Shown: piece after piece, positions 1 to 9,698 of the stretch
Position numbering within the stretch: position 1 is the stretch's first letter
How the letters are laid out: every line of letters starts with the position of its first letter
DNA from: Myxococcales bacterium
Lineage (GTDB): Bacteria; Myxococcota; UBA727; JABDBI01
Length of the DNA stretch: 64,000 nt
Assembly (NCBI GenBank): GCA_023248595.1
Contig: JAHFEG010000003.1
Coordinates: forward strand, 42,051-106,050
Reading direction: 5' to 3'
The notes under the pieces: model-generated
Databases searched by the model: none
The model's input: the letters and a program-made list of their open reading frames with translations, nothing else
Told to the model about the DNA's origin: nothing
Position numbers and translations under genes: made by a program

Positions 1-336
1 CGCGTGGGCGTTCAAAATATTGCCTTCGTTGAAAACGATTTGTTGCAATATGCATCGATTGCCGTTGAAGCCGTGCCTGGACTTCGCAAAATTGGAACGG
101 CGAAACATAAAGCTTCTGTTTTATCGTTTGTTTTAAAACATGTTCATCCCCATGACATTAGTTCTCTGCTTGATCGTCAAGGTGTTGCGATTCGAGCGGG
201 GCATCTTTGTGCGCAGCCGGTGATGCAAAGGTTTCAAGTTCCTGCACTTTGTAGAGCCTCTTTTGCTGTCTATAACACCAAGGAAGAAGTGGATGTTTTG
301 GTGAAGGCGCTTATCAAAGTCAGCGAGGTGTTTTAA
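1..336 (+). CDS. sufS: Cysteine desulfurase (SufS/CsdA family), C-terminal fragment; 5' end lies outside the window
   Basis: C-terminal aminotransferase class V motif HLCAQPVMQRF...ASFAVYNT; ORF in frame from window edge. Confidence 0.7.
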   Translation, partial: RVGVQNIAFVENDLLQYASIAVEAVPGLRKIGTAKHKASVLSFVLKHVHPHDISSLLDRQGVAIRAGHLCAQPVMQRFQVPALCRASFAVYNTKEEVDVLVKALIKVSEVF

Positions 337-794
337 TGTTCGATGACGATATCAATGATTTGTATCAAGAGCTCATCCTCGACCATAATGCGCATCCACA
401 TAATTATGGCGAGCTAAAGTGTGCTAATCACCAAGCCCGCGGTCATAATCCTTTATGTGGTGATGACGTTGAAATATTTTTGCTCATCAAAAATGATTGT
501 ATTGAAGACATTCGTTTTACCGGTCAAGGTTGTGCTATTTCAAAATCATCGGCCTCTATGATGACAGATGAGCTCAAAGGAAAATCGTTGGCTGAGGTCC
601 AAGCCATTTTTCATATTTTCCATGAGTTATTGACGGCTGAAGATTCTTCTAAACTTGACATCAATGCACTTGGCAAAGCCAGTGTTTTTTCGGGCGTTAA
701 ACAATTTCCCATGCGTGTGAAATGTGCCACCTTGGCTTGGCATACGTTGATAGCGGCCCTTAATGACAAAAATAATGCGGTGACGACGGAGTAA
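336..794 (+). CDS. sufU: SufU/IscU-like Fe-S cluster scaffold / sulfur acceptor (NifU N-terminal domain)
   Basis: Conserved Cys-containing motifs LCGDDVEIF...GQGCAISKSSASMMT; start overlaps sufS stop (TAATG). Confidence 0.7.
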   Translation: MFDDDINDLYQELILDHNAHPHNYGELKCANHQARGHNPLCGDDVEIFLLIKNDCIEDIRFTGQGCAISKSSASMMTDELKGKSLAEVQAIFHIFHELLTAEDSSKLDINALGKASVFSGVKQFPMRVKCATLAWHTLIAALNDKNNAVTTE

Positions 795-798
795 GAAG

Positions 799-1356
799 AT
801 GCGTATGTTTGGTGGTGGCCAAAGTGTTTGGCTGAACAGAGAATGCAAAGGGATTCAGATTCCAGAAGGAACCCCAAAAATTTTAGAAAATGGCAGCCAG
901 GTTTACATTACCCAAATCTTAGGGGGGATGTTTACTGTCGAGACTGAATTTGGTTATTTGGTGCGTATCGACGGTAAAGATGCCGATGCTTTGGGGCAGG
1001 AAATCCCGCCAGAGCGTCAGGCCATTGAGATCAGCAGTGATAAAACTTTAGAAGATATCGTCTGGGAGCAGCTCAAAACTTGTTACGATCCTGAAATTCC
1101 AGTCAACATCGTGGAATTAGGCTTGATCTATAATTGTCAGTTAATGCCACTTCCTGAAGGCGGCACTGAAGTTGCTATTCAAATGACACTGACCGCGCCA
1201 GGTTGCGGCATGGGCGAAGTTTTGAAAAGTGATATCGAAACCAAATTGGTCGATATTCCAGGCGTTAAGTCGGCGAAAATCGAGTTGGTTTTTGACCCAG
1301 CCTGGGAAAGCGGCATGATGTCTGAGGCTGCCAGACTCCAGCTGGGAATGATGTAA
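799..1356 (+). CDS. DUF59/MIP18-family (SufT-like) Fe-S assembly protein with N-terminal extension
   Basis: C-terminal DPEIPVNIVELGLIY...TLTAPGCGMG...KIELVFDPAWE matches DUF59; first ~85 aa unassigned. Confidence 0.6.
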   Translation: MRMFGGGQSVWLNRECKGIQIPEGTPKILENGSQVYITQILGGMFTVETEFGYLVRIDGKDADALGQEIPPERQAIEISSDKTLEDIVWEQLKTCYDPEIPVNIVELGLIYNCQLMPLPEGGTEVAIQMTLTAPGCGMGEVLKSDIETKLVDIPGVKSAKIELVFDPAWESGMMSEAARLQLGMM

Positions 1357-1364
1357 TGGCAATG

Positions 1365-1931
1365 CTACCAGGCGTATCCTAGGGCAAGAATGCTATCGGG
1401 TCGTATGATGGAAGCTGTTTTATTGGTGGGGTAAAATAACCTGCCAGCAATACCAATACCGACGTTGAGATATAGTCCCGAGCTGAAAATGGTATAATAG
1501 CCAACCAGCAATTTGGGTTTTGCCATCATCAAATGCTCAGGTCCAGTTGGCAAAGAATAATCAATGCGCACGTAACCAAGCTCAAGCATCGGTTCAATAT
1601 ACCAACCTGCATGGTGCAAGCGTGCACCGATTCCTGTTGTGATGGTTAAATTGGGAAACAAGCCGTCACCGAAGCTTCTAAAAAAGCCAATTGCTTCCAG
1701 TGGTAGAAATAATAATTGGGTTGATTGGATGTTAGCGGGGACGGTGAGGGTTAAAAATGGCAAAATTGGATACTCATATTTTAGGCTAACTTCACCTAAA
1801 ATTAAATTAGGGATGCTAATAGAAAGAGCCATTTTATTAGGTTTGGCATTTGCCAAAGCAGTTTGTCCCATGTTAAAGCAGTAGAATATAATCATTAAAA
1901 GCAGAGATATTTTTTTAGGAAAGTTAAACAT
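1365..1931 (-). CDS. Hypothetical outer-membrane beta-barrel protein (signal peptide, aromatic-rich, C-terminal ...GYAW)
   Basis: N-terminal signal peptide MFNFPKKISLLLMIIFYCFNMGQTALANA; alternating aromatic pattern; C-terminal W. Confidence 0.45.
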   Translation of the reverse strand: MFNFPKKISLLLMIIFYCFNMGQTALANAKPNKMALSISIPNLILGEVSLKYEYPILPFLTLTVPANIQSTQLLFLPLEAIGFFRSFGDGLFPNLTITTGIGARLHHAGWYIEPMLELGYVRIDYSLPTGPEHLMMAKPKLLVGYYTIFSSGLYLNVGIGIAGRLFYPTNKTASIIRPDSILALGYAW

Positions 1932-2910
1932 GGCCTTACTTTTACAAAATTTTTGTATGGTTTCAAGTTTTTTTGCATTTTTTTTGCTCAGCAGCTGCTT
2001 GTCTGATGATCAAATGCATGAACTTGCGTTAGCCTCACCCGTAGAAGATATTTTAAAATATCCCGAAGTGAAAAAATATCTTGAGCAAGATAAACATAAA
2101 GTTTTTATTTCACTGACGACATCACCAAAAAGAAGCAAAACTTTAAAACTGGTTTTAGATACGTTAGATACAACTCATATCAAAAAGATTTTTTTGGTTC
2201 TGCCTGAAAGGTATAGAAACGAAGACAAAGATTCGTATGATGTGCCTGACGATGTTAAAAATTTTAATAAATTAGAGATACTTAGAATCCCAGATGATTT
2301 AGGCCCTTTGAGCAAGTTAGTTCCAGCTGTTGAGTGGATCCAAAAAGAATATCCAGATCCTGAAAATATTATCATCACGATTGACGACGATATAGCCTAT
2401 CCTAGAGGCCAAATTAATGGTTTGCTAAAAAATGTCATTCTAAAAGATGCAGTTGTCAGCGGTAGTGGATTTTATACGTCTTATTTTAACGTTAGACACG
2501 AAGATTGGGAGGAGTCCGAACTTTTAAGCCCTTATTGCTATTTGGGTGCTGGAGTTTGCGATGTTGTCGAGGGATACGCAGGTATTGCGTATAAAATAAA
2601 GCATATTGCTAGCATGAAGCATAATAAATTGAAGGGGACTGGCGTATTAAAGTACTTATCGAAATTAGGTTACCCAGACACTAAAAGCTGTTTTTTATCG
2701 GACGATTTAGTGATTAGTTTTGCTTTGGCTCGAGCAAAAGTGACAAGGTGGGTAATTTCTGATGAATTTATGTTTAGACCGTGGCCATATAATATTGGTA
2801 TGGGTGAGGATGCACTTCATTTAGGTTCAGGCGCGGAAAAAAGTAGGCCAAGCAACTGGACCAAATACGAAAGCTGTTTTGGTTCTTTTTTAAGCAAAGA
2901 GATATTTTAA
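1930..2910 (+). CDS. Hypothetical lipoprotein with GT-A-like DXD motifs (putative glycosyltransferase); true start probably Met10 (~1957, lipobox LLSSC)
   Basis: ORF; motifs IIITIDDDIAY and LSDDLVIS; lipobox after internal Met. Confidence 0.4.
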   Translation: MALLLQNFCMVSSFFAFFLLSSCLSDDQMHELALASPVEDILKYPEVKKYLEQDKHKVFISLTTSPKRSKTLKLVLDTLDTTHIKKIFLVLPERYRNEDKDSYDVPDDVKNFNKLEILRIPDDLGPLSKLVPAVEWIQKEYPDPENIIITIDDDIAYPRGQINGLLKNVILKDAVVSGSGFYTSYFNVRHEDWEESELLSPYCYLGAGVCDVVEGYAGIAYKIKHIASMKHNKLKGTGVLKYLSKLGYPDTKSCFLSDDLVISFALARAKVTRWVISDEFMFRPWPYNIGMGEDALHLGSGAEKSRPSNWTKYESCFGSFLSKEIF

Positions 2911-4217
2911 CCCACGTAAAGCACAAACCCTTTAAGATACTCACCTTCAGGATGGAACACATCGATGGTGTGATCGGAAGCTTGATTTAACTGATAAAGA
3001 ATCCGCACTGGGCGATTGGCATCCTTGGCGGCGCCAAAAATAATTTTGCGAAATAAATCGCGCGAAATATGGTGTGAACAGGAAAAAGTAAAAAGCAATC
3101 CACCCTGTTTGATTTGTCGAAGTGCCATGAGGTTTATATCCTTGTAACCGCGCGCAGCTTTTTCAACAGTCGCTGCGCTTTTAGCAAACGCTGGTGGATC
3201 TAAGACGATTAAATCAAATTCATTGCCCGGAATATCGCGCAAGTAATCAAAGCAATTAGCCATGACGGTATGATGACGAGACTCGTCTTTAAAATTAGCA
3301 GCAACAGTTTTTTTGCAAATTTCAATTGCCTGTTCGCTGGCGTCGACGGAAGTTACTTTTACTGCGCCATGTTGCAAGGCAAAAAGGCTGAAACCGCCTG
3401 AATAGGAAAAGGCATCTAATACATTTTTTCCTTTTGCTAAAGAACCAACGAGTTTGCGGTTATCTCTTTGATCTAAAAAGTAGCCTGTTTTTTGACCCAA
3501 CTCTAGGTCAACTAGAAAACGTAAACCTTGTTCTTCGAAAAAAACGTCAGATTTCTTACCTAAAAGCCAACCGGATTCATCGCTGTTTTCCGATTTAAGA
3601 TAGATATGCTTGAGCCCTAATTTTTGTAAAAAATCAACAATGGTTGATTTTAGATTCATCATCCCTTGCGTTTTGATTTGCAAGGACGCGGTGTCTCCAA
3701 ATACGTCGGCAACGAGACTGGGCAGGCCATCCCCTTCCGAATTAAAAAGGCGATATCCTGCGTTTTCTTGGTTAAAAAATCCTAAATCCTGACGACATTG
3801 CCAGGCTTTTTGCATCCGATTTTGCCAAAACTGCGTATCAATCTCGATAGGTGACTGTGTAAAGAGAAAGATGCGACAAGCGATACTCGCGTCTTGATTA
3901 AAATGACCGAAGCCAAGCAGCTGATTTTTTTGATCAGCAATGGCTATAATATCGCCGCTTTTTAGACCTGCTGATGGCTTTTTAGCCAAGGCACCTGAGT
4001 AAACCCAAGGGTGTCGATTTAAAAGTGAGCGCTCACGGCCAGGGAGTAATTGCAAGATAGGATAAGAGTGCATAGGGGTGCATATTAAGCAAAGAAAAAG
4101 GCTTTCCACAAGAGAGCTCAAAGAAGGAGTTTTGATGTTGAGTCTCCAAGAAGCGTATGCGCCGAATAATTGTTGTTTTGGTTGTGGCCCCAAAAATGAG
4201 AAAGGTCTGCGCATCAA
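2907..4217 (-). CDS. rlmI: 23S rRNA m5C methyltransferase RlmI-like (PUA + class I SAM MTase)
   Basis: N-terminal PUA-like region, SAM-binding VLDAFSYSGGFS and DLIVLDPPAF motifs. Confidence 0.75.
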   Translation of the reverse strand: MMRRPFSFLGPQPKQQLFGAYASWRLNIKTPSLSSLVESLFLCLICTPMHSYPILQLLPGRERSLLNRHPWVYSGALAKKPSAGLKSGDIIAIADQKNQLLGFGHFNQDASIACRIFLFTQSPIEIDTQFWQNRMQKAWQCRQDLGFFNQENAGYRLFNSEGDGLPSLVADVFGDTASLQIKTQGMMNLKSTIVDFLQKLGLKHIYLKSENSDESGWLLGKKSDVFFEEQGLRFLVDLELGQKTGYFLDQRDNRKLVGSLAKGKNVLDAFSYSGGFSLFALQHGAVKVTSVDASEQAIEICKKTVAANFKDESRHHTVMANCFDYLRDIPGNEFDLIVLDPPAFAKSAATVEKAARGYKDINLMALRQIKQGGLLFTFSCSHHISRDLFRKIIFGAAKDANRPVRILYQLNQASDHTIDVFHPEGEYLKGFVLYVG

Positions 4218-4593
4218 AAGTTTTGCTCAAGGTGAAGAAGTTGTCGCGGTTTGGGAGCCACAGGCACATCATTTAGCGTTTGAACATATGCTGAGTGGAG
4301 GCATTTGCGGTGCTTTGCTTGATTGTCATAGCAATTGGACAGCCGCTTACCATCTGATGAAAAGGCGAGGGGAAGAAACACCGCCGTGCACAGTAACGGC
4401 AGAATATGCTGTTAAATTATTAAAACCGACACCGATGAATGTGCTTTTGCATCTATCGGCACATGTGATTGAAGCCACTGATAAAAAAGCGATCGTACAG
4501 GCTAGTCTCAAAGCCAATGGAGAAGTAACGGCTACCTGTTTGGGGACTTTTGTAGCGGTCAAAGAAGGTCACCCCGCTTATCATCGCTGGTAA
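4135..4593 (+). CDS. Hotdog-fold acyl-CoA thioesterase (PaaI family)
   Basis: CFGCGPKNEKGL...HMLSGGICGALLDCHSNW motif; longer ORF from 4078 overlaps rlmI, Met at 4135 preferred. Confidence 0.6.
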   Translation: MLSLQEAYAPNNCCFGCGPKNEKGLRIKSFAQGEEVVAVWEPQAHHLAFEHMLSGGICGALLDCHSNWTAAYHLMKRRGEETPPCTVTAEYAVKLLKPTPMNVLLHLSAHVIEATDKKAIVQASLKANGEVTATCLGTFVAVKEGHPAYHRW

Positions 4594-4656
4594 AAACAGT
4601 TTCTAGAATTTAAAATAGGTTCATGTTAGTAAAGATTATCTTTTGTCTCACAGGAG

Positions 4657-5577
4657 TTGCTGGTGTTACCTGAATTATTTCGCTTGCCTTTGGTGAACCT
4701 TCCAATTCATACCTATGGTGTCATGATTGTAATTGGTTTTTTATGTGCCACTTACATCGGTTATCGTCGATGTTTGCGCTATGGAAAATATGAAAATGAT
4801 ATGCTCGATTTTGCTTTTTGGGCTTTGATCGGCGGAATTATTGGCGCCCGCATCGTTTTTATCGCAGTTGAATGGAAGAGCTATTTCATTGAACGCCCTT
4901 GGACAGAAATTGCTGCTTTAGGAATTAAAATCCCCAGTGTCTTTGCCCTTTGGCAAGGTGGAATCGTTTATTGGGGCAGTTTCCTCGGTGGCTTTATTGC
5001 GTTTTTAATTTTCGCTCGTAAACGCAAAATCGATATGCTGGTCTTTTGTGATTTAGTGATAGTGGGCGTGCCTTTTGCTCAAATGTTTGGCCGTTTGGGC
5101 TGTGTTGCTGCTGGATGTTGCTGGGGACAGGGAGCTTATCACATCGATACTGTCGGTAAAGTTATTGCTGATTTGCCTGTATCTATGCGTTTTCCTCCTG
5201 GTTCTTCGGCATATGGCTCTTTATTTCAATCAGGTTCTGAGCAAGTTCGTGAATTCATGCTGCTCAATGGAACGACAGTGCCTTTGTTTCCCTCCCAGTT
5301 AGCCGAAGCATTTGGCGCTTTGTGCATTTTCTTTATCCTATTGTGGATGTCGCCTCGAAAATGGTTTCATGGCCAGCTGCTACTAGCATACGTCGCCTTG
5401 TACTCGGTTATGCGTTTTATTTTAGAGCTTTATCGAGGGGATATTGAGCGTGGCTACGTGATTGATGGTATATTATCGACCAGCCAGTTTATCTCTTTGC
5501 TTGTTATTGGCGTCACAGTTGTTGTATTTTTCGTTCTTAGAAAGAACCGTGGGAGCGCTCAAGATATTGGATCGTAA
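4657..5577 (+). CDS. lgt: Prolipoprotein diacylglyceryl transferase
   Basis: Lgt signature GRLGCVAAGCCWG and PSQLAEAFG; multi-TM. Confidence 0.8.
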   Translation: MLVLPELFRLPLVNLPIHTYGVMIVIGFLCATYIGYRRCLRYGKYENDMLDFAFWALIGGIIGARIVFIAVEWKSYFIERPWTEIAALGIKIPSVFALWQGGIVYWGSFLGGFIAFLIFARKRKIDMLVFCDLVIVGVPFAQMFGRLGCVAAGCCWGQGAYHIDTVGKVIADLPVSMRFPPGSSAYGSLFQSGSEQVREFMLLNGTTVPLFPSQLAEAFGALCIFFILLWMSPRKWFHGQLLLAYVALYSVMRFILELYRGDIERGYVIDGILSTSQFISLLVIGVTVVVFFVLRKNRGSAQDIGS

Positions 5578-6013
5578 ATTGATCATGAATATCTTTACGA
5601 ACAGTTTTCCAAAGTGAAGGATCAAAATCAGGGAAAAAGGTATCACCAGGATAATTCTGATGAATGGTCGAAAGGATCATTGCATCAGCAATTGGCAAGA
5701 ATTGCTCATAAATTTTTGTACCACCGCCAATCATGACTTCATTGGCGTTATTAGCAAGGGCGAGGGCTTCTTCGAGACTGCGAGCGACTTTGCATCCCGT
5801 CCCAGCTTCAAGGGTGCTAGAAACTACAATAATATCTCTACCAGGCAGTCCATTTGGTCCCAAAGATTCAAAAGATCGTTTGCCCATGATAAGAGGTTTG
5901 CCAAGAGTTGTTCTTTTAAAGTGTGCAAATTCTTCGGGGATATGCCAAGGCAAAGCATTGTTTTTTCCAATTACTTTGTCTTTTGTCATCGCTGAGATAA
6001 TTGTAATTTTCAT
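5537..6013 (-). CDS. folA: Dihydrofolate reductase
   Basis: [52 protein letters not shown]. Confidence 0.85.
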   Translation of the reverse strand: MKITIISAMTKDKVIGKNNALPWHIPEEFAHFKRTTLGKPLIMGKRSFESLGPNGLPGRDIIVVSSTLEAGTGCKVARSLEEALALANNANEVMIGGGTKIYEQFLPIADAMILSTIHQNYPGDTFFPDFDPSLWKTVRKDIHDQFTIQYLERSHGSF

Positions 6014-6807
6014 TAGACAGCCACTGGCGCAGAAATGCGTGGATGATGTTGGTAATTTTCTAATTTAAAATCTTCATAGGAAAAAGAAAATAAATCTTGA
6101 ACCGAAGAATTAATTTGCAGAGAAGGTAAGTTGTAAGGCGTTCTGGATAATTGGGTTTGTACTGCATCCAGATGATTTAGGTATAAATGTGCGTCGCCCA
6201 ATGTATGAATAAATTCTCCCGGTTTAAGGCCGGTAACATGTGCGACCATCATGGTAAGCAAACTGTAAGAAGCGATGTTAAAAGGCACTCCTAAAAAAAC
6301 ATCTGCGCTGCGTTGATAGAGTTGGCAAGATAAACGATCGTCGTGGACATAAAATTGAAACAGTGTGTGACAAGGCAATAAAGCCATCTGAGGCAGTTGT
6401 GCGACGTTCCAGGCGCTGACGATCAGTCTTCTGGAATGCGGATTCGTACGAATTTCTTGAACAATATTTTTAATTTGATCAATGCTGTTGCCTTCGTAAT
6501 CAGGCCATGAACGCCATTGCTTACCATATACAGGCCCGAGATCACCTTTCTCATTGGCCCATTCATTCCAAATGCTGACTTTATTTTCTTTTAAATAGGC
6601 AATATTCGTTTCACCTTTTAAAAACCAAAGGAGCTCATAAATAATGGAACGCAAGTGACACTGTTTTGTTGTGACGAGCGGGAATCCTTTTTCTAAATCA
6701 AATCGCATTTGATAACCAAAAACACTAACAGTACCCGTTTGTGTGCGGTCAGGCTTTTGAGTACCATTTTCTAAAATGTGACGCATGAGTTGTAAGTACT
6801 GCTGCAT
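6013..6807 (-). CDS. thyA: Thymidylate synthase
   Basis: Full-length ThyA ([26 protein letters not shown]...); start overlaps folA region by 1 nt. Confidence 0.9.
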   Translation of the reverse strand: MQQYLQLMRHILENGTQKPDRTQTGTVSVFGYQMRFDLEKGFPLVTTKQCHLRSIIYELLWFLKGETNIAYLKENKVSIWNEWANEKGDLGPVYGKQWRSWPDYEGNSIDQIKNIVQEIRTNPHSRRLIVSAWNVAQLPQMALLPCHTLFQFYVHDDRLSCQLYQRSADVFLGVPFNIASYSLLTMMVAHVTGLKPGEFIHTLGDAHLYLNHLDAVQTQLSRTPYNLPSLQINSSVQDLFSFSYEDFKLENYQHHPRISAPVAV

Positions 6808-6811
6808 AAAT

Positions 6812-8071
6812 TTAATCTTTTTTGTGTGCGGGAAATGGTTGCCTCATGAGCCATGTCAGGGCAATCATCCCTGGCAAGGCGATGATGGTTGATAAAATAA
6901 AGAACATGACCCAGCTGACATTCTCAGCGAGGACCCCCGCCGTGGAAGACAAAAAAGTTCTTCCAACAGCCGTCAAAGATGAAAGCAAGGCATATTGTGT
7001 TGCTGAATAAGAAATATTGCAGAGGCTGGAAAGATAAGCCACCAAAGCGGCTGTACCCATACCGCCAGTGATGTTTTCTGTAGCGATGGTGATCGCTAGA
7101 GCGCTCACTTCGTGTCCCATATAGGCTTGTAAGACAAAAATTAAATTGGAAAACATTTGAAGAAGCCCGCAAATGAAAAGCGAACGCATAATGCCATAGC
7201 GCCCTACGACGAAGTTTCCCAAAAAAATTCCAAATATCATGGCAACGAAACCAAATAATTTAGTGATATTAGCAATTTCGATTTTACTAAAACCGATTTC
7301 GATAAAAAACGGATTGCTCATGTTCCCAGCAAAAGCATCTCCTAATTTGTAAAGTACAATAAAAATTAAAATGATTAACCAGTTATGCCTGGATGTGAAA
7401 TTAGTAAAAGGAGCAATCACAGCATCATAAAGCCAATTATGGAAAGAAGAGTGCTCAATAGAAGTTTCATCTTTTTCTTGAAATTTGGGTTCCTTACAGA
7501 ACAACGTTGTTATGATTCCGATGCCAATTAATATGGCCATGGCATTGTAAACTGTTGCCCAAGAATAAAATGTGGCCAGATAAAGTGCGCCTGCACCAGA
7601 TACAAGCATGCCAATGCGATATCCAAGAACAGCACTGGCGGCACCGGCGCCATACGTTTTTTCATCCAGTATGTCGACACGAAAAGCATCGATAACGATA
7701 TCTTGGCTGGCTGAGCAAAAAGATACAAGTAAAGCTAAAAGAGCTGTTAATGTTGGATCGACAGAAGGATGCGTGTGCCCTAAAGCAATGATAGATGCAG
7801 CTAAAATGGCTTGCGTAAAAAGCATCCATGCTCTTCTGCGTCCAAACATTTCAGTCAAAAAAGGAATAGGCATACGGTCAACTAATGGAGACCAGGCAAA
7901 TTTAAATGTGTAAGGAAGTCCTACGAGAGCAAAGGCACCAATACTCGCTTTGCTGACTCCGCCTTCGGCTAGCCAAATGGTTAAAGTTCCTGTCGTGAGT
8001 GCTAAAGGCAGACCACTGCTAAATCCTAACAATAAAATGGAGAGCATACGTTTATTAAAATAAATGCGCAT
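6812..8071 (-). CDS. ampG: MFS permease AmpG (muropeptide transporter); start taken at Met15 of longest ORF
   Basis: N-terminal [18 protein letters not shown] and RRRAWML motif typical of AmpG/PAT family. Confidence 0.75.
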   Translation of the reverse strand: MRIYFNKRMLSILLLGFSSGLPLALTTGTLTIWLAEGGVSKASIGAFALVGLPYTFKFAWSPLVDRMPIPFLTEMFGRRRAWMLFTQAILAASIIALGHTHPSVDPTLTALLALLVSFCSASQDIVIDAFRVDILDEKTYGAGAASAVLGYRIGMLVSGAGALYLATFYSWATVYNAMAILIGIGIITTLFCKEPKFQEKDETSIEHSSFHNWLYDAVIAPFTNFTSRHNWLIILIFIVLYKLGDAFAGNMSNPFFIEIGFSKIEIANITKLFGFVAMIFGIFLGNFVVGRYGIMRSLFICGLLQMFSNLIFVLQAYMGHEVSALAITIATENITGGMGTAALVAYLSSLCNISYSATQYALLSSLTAVGRTFLSSTAGVLAENVSWVMFFILSTIIALPGMIALTWLMRQPFPAHKKD

Positions 8072-8105
8072 ATTTAAATGTCTCCAGGTTCGGCAGTTGT
8101 CGCTT

Positions 8106-8420
8106 TTACCCATTTACCAGTGAGGCACTGTATCCTAAATCCATGATGGCTTGCATGATCGTTTCGACTTTAACAGTGCGAAGATCGTATAGCACCCAAA
8201 CTTTTTGCTTTTTACGATTAGCTTCAACTCGATGAATTCCTCTAATGTTTTTCAGCGTAGATTCAATTTTTGCTTCACAACCGCCGCAAACCATGCCGGT
8301 TACCTTAAATGTAACTTCAAATTCTGGCGGCGTTACGGCAAATAAAAAGCTGGTAGATGAAGAGAGGATAAAGAGAAAAAGAACCCAAGATAATCTTCTA
8401 TGATTGAATTTGATATTCAC
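8106..8420 (-). CDS. Heavy-metal-associated (HMA) domain protein, membrane-anchored / periplasmic metallochaperone
   Basis: GMVCGGCEAKIE (GMxCxxC) motif; N-terminal hydrophobic segment. Confidence 0.6.
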   Translation of the reverse strand: MNIKFNHRRLSWVLFLFILSSSTSFLFAVTPPEFEVTFKVTGMVCGGCEAKIESTLKNIRGIHRVEANRKKQKVWVLYDLRTVKVETIMQAIMDLGYSASLVNG

Positions 8421-8561
8421 GAGAAACGCTCCTTACTATTTTACTTTTGTTAGCCTGGCTGGAATTTTATAACATAAGGGTTATCATAATCGTTAGGTTT
8501 AGAAATGGGGAAATGCATGGCTTTTTTGACAAATAAGAATTCTGGTGGGCATTTACAACCA

Positions 8562-8948
8562 ATGAGTGACATCAATGTTACTCCTTTTGTGGACGTTATG
8601 CTCGTGCTGTTGGTTATCTTTATGGTGACTGCACCCATGATGGTAACTGGTCTTGATGTTGATCTGCCGGAGGCTTCTGCGAGGCCAATCGAAAATGCTG
8701 ACGACAAATTGGTGCTGTCTATTAAGAATGATCGAAAAATTTTTTTAGGCGAGACAGAAGTGTCGTTAGAACGATTAATAGAAGTTTTAAAGACCAATGA
8801 AAAATTAAAAACTGACAAAGAAATTTTGCTGCACGCAGATCAAGCTTTGCCTTATGGTTTTGTAGCGAAAATCATGAGCATTGTGAAGGATGCCGGTATT
8901 TCGAATATTGGTATGGTCACAGATCCAGCCGGGGATAGCGTTGATTAA
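8562..8948 (+). CDS. tolR: TolR/ExbD biopolymer transport protein (start at Met20 of longest ORF)
   Basis: MSDINVTPFVDVMLVLLVIFMVTAPM canonical ExbD/TolR N-terminus. Confidence 0.75.
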   Translation: MSDINVTPFVDVMLVLLVIFMVTAPMMVTGLDVDLPEASARPIENADDKLVLSIKNDRKIFLGETEVSLERLIEVLKTNEKLKTDKEILLHADQALPYGFVAKIMSIVKDAGISNIGMVTDPAGDSVD

Positions 8949-9678
8949 AAGATATTCAAATAATTTTAAGCAACAAAGCTTAAATTTTGCTCTTTTACTG
9001 AGTGCGTTGTTGCATGCTCTCATGATTGGGCTTTTGTTATTTTTTTGGTCTGCCCGGCCTATGCTTAATTTAGATCGAACCATCGTGACCATTCATTTGG
9101 CAAAGCTCGGAAAAAAAAGAGATGAGAAACTATTGCCCAGGTTTGATGCGAGTGAACCACTCGTAAAAGAAGCACCAGAAGAAAAAATAGCAGAGCCTGA
9201 ACAGCCTCAAATTGCTGAAAAAAAAATAAAAGCGCCCCCAAAAAAATTAGTGCCTTCCGAGAAGTCTTCACTGCTTGCAGAGCCGAAAAAAAAGCATGTT
9301 AATCCTTTGGATCTTTTAAAAAAGCGCTTTGGTAAATCAAGTGATGAGGGTTTAGAAAGTGGCTCAGCTTTAGGCACAAGTTTGCAACAAGATTTACAAG
9401 ATAGTTATGCTGCGCAAGTTGCTGCTTTGATTAAGCAGTCCTATAATCTTCCGGCAGTTCTTCGCAACCAGCAAAATCAATTGGTTGTGTGGGTTAGGCT
9501 TCGCATTAATTCACAAGGGAAATTGCTGAAGGCAGAAATCATACGATCTTCTGGTAAAGCAATGTTTGATAATGCTGTGCTTGTTGGTGTTAAAAAGATT
9601 GATTTGTTTGGCGTGCCTCCATTGCAGCTCAGGCGAATGATTGCCACTGTTGGCTTTGAACTGGAATTTGCGCCATAG
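8941..9678 (+). CDS. tolA: TolA-like protein (TM anchor, Pro/Lys-rich linker, TonB_C-like domain); probable TTG start overlapping tolR stop
   Basis: MIKRYSNNFKQQSLNFALLLSALLHALMIG anchor; EKIAEPEQPQIAEKKIKAPPKK linker; position between tolR and tolB. Confidence 0.6.
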   Translation: MIKRYSNNFKQQSLNFALLLSALLHALMIGLLLFFWSARPMLNLDRTIVTIHLAKLGKKRDEKLLPRFDASEPLVKEAPEEKIAEPEQPQIAEKKIKAPPKKLVPSEKSSLLAEPKKKHVNPLDLLKKRFGKSSDEGLESGSALGTSLQQDLQDSYAAQVAALIKQSYNLPAVLRNQQNQLVVWVRLRINSQGKLLKAEIIRSSGKAMFDNAVLVGVKKIDLFGVPPLQLRRMIATVGFELEFAP

Positions 9679-9698
9679 AAGCAAAAGAGGAAAAGCAA

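Noticed and set aside
1929-1932. Shared CATG giving literally overlapping divergent start codons
   Set aside because: Most likely an artefact of longest-ORF calling. The plus-strand gene probably starts at the lipobox-associated Met at 1957.
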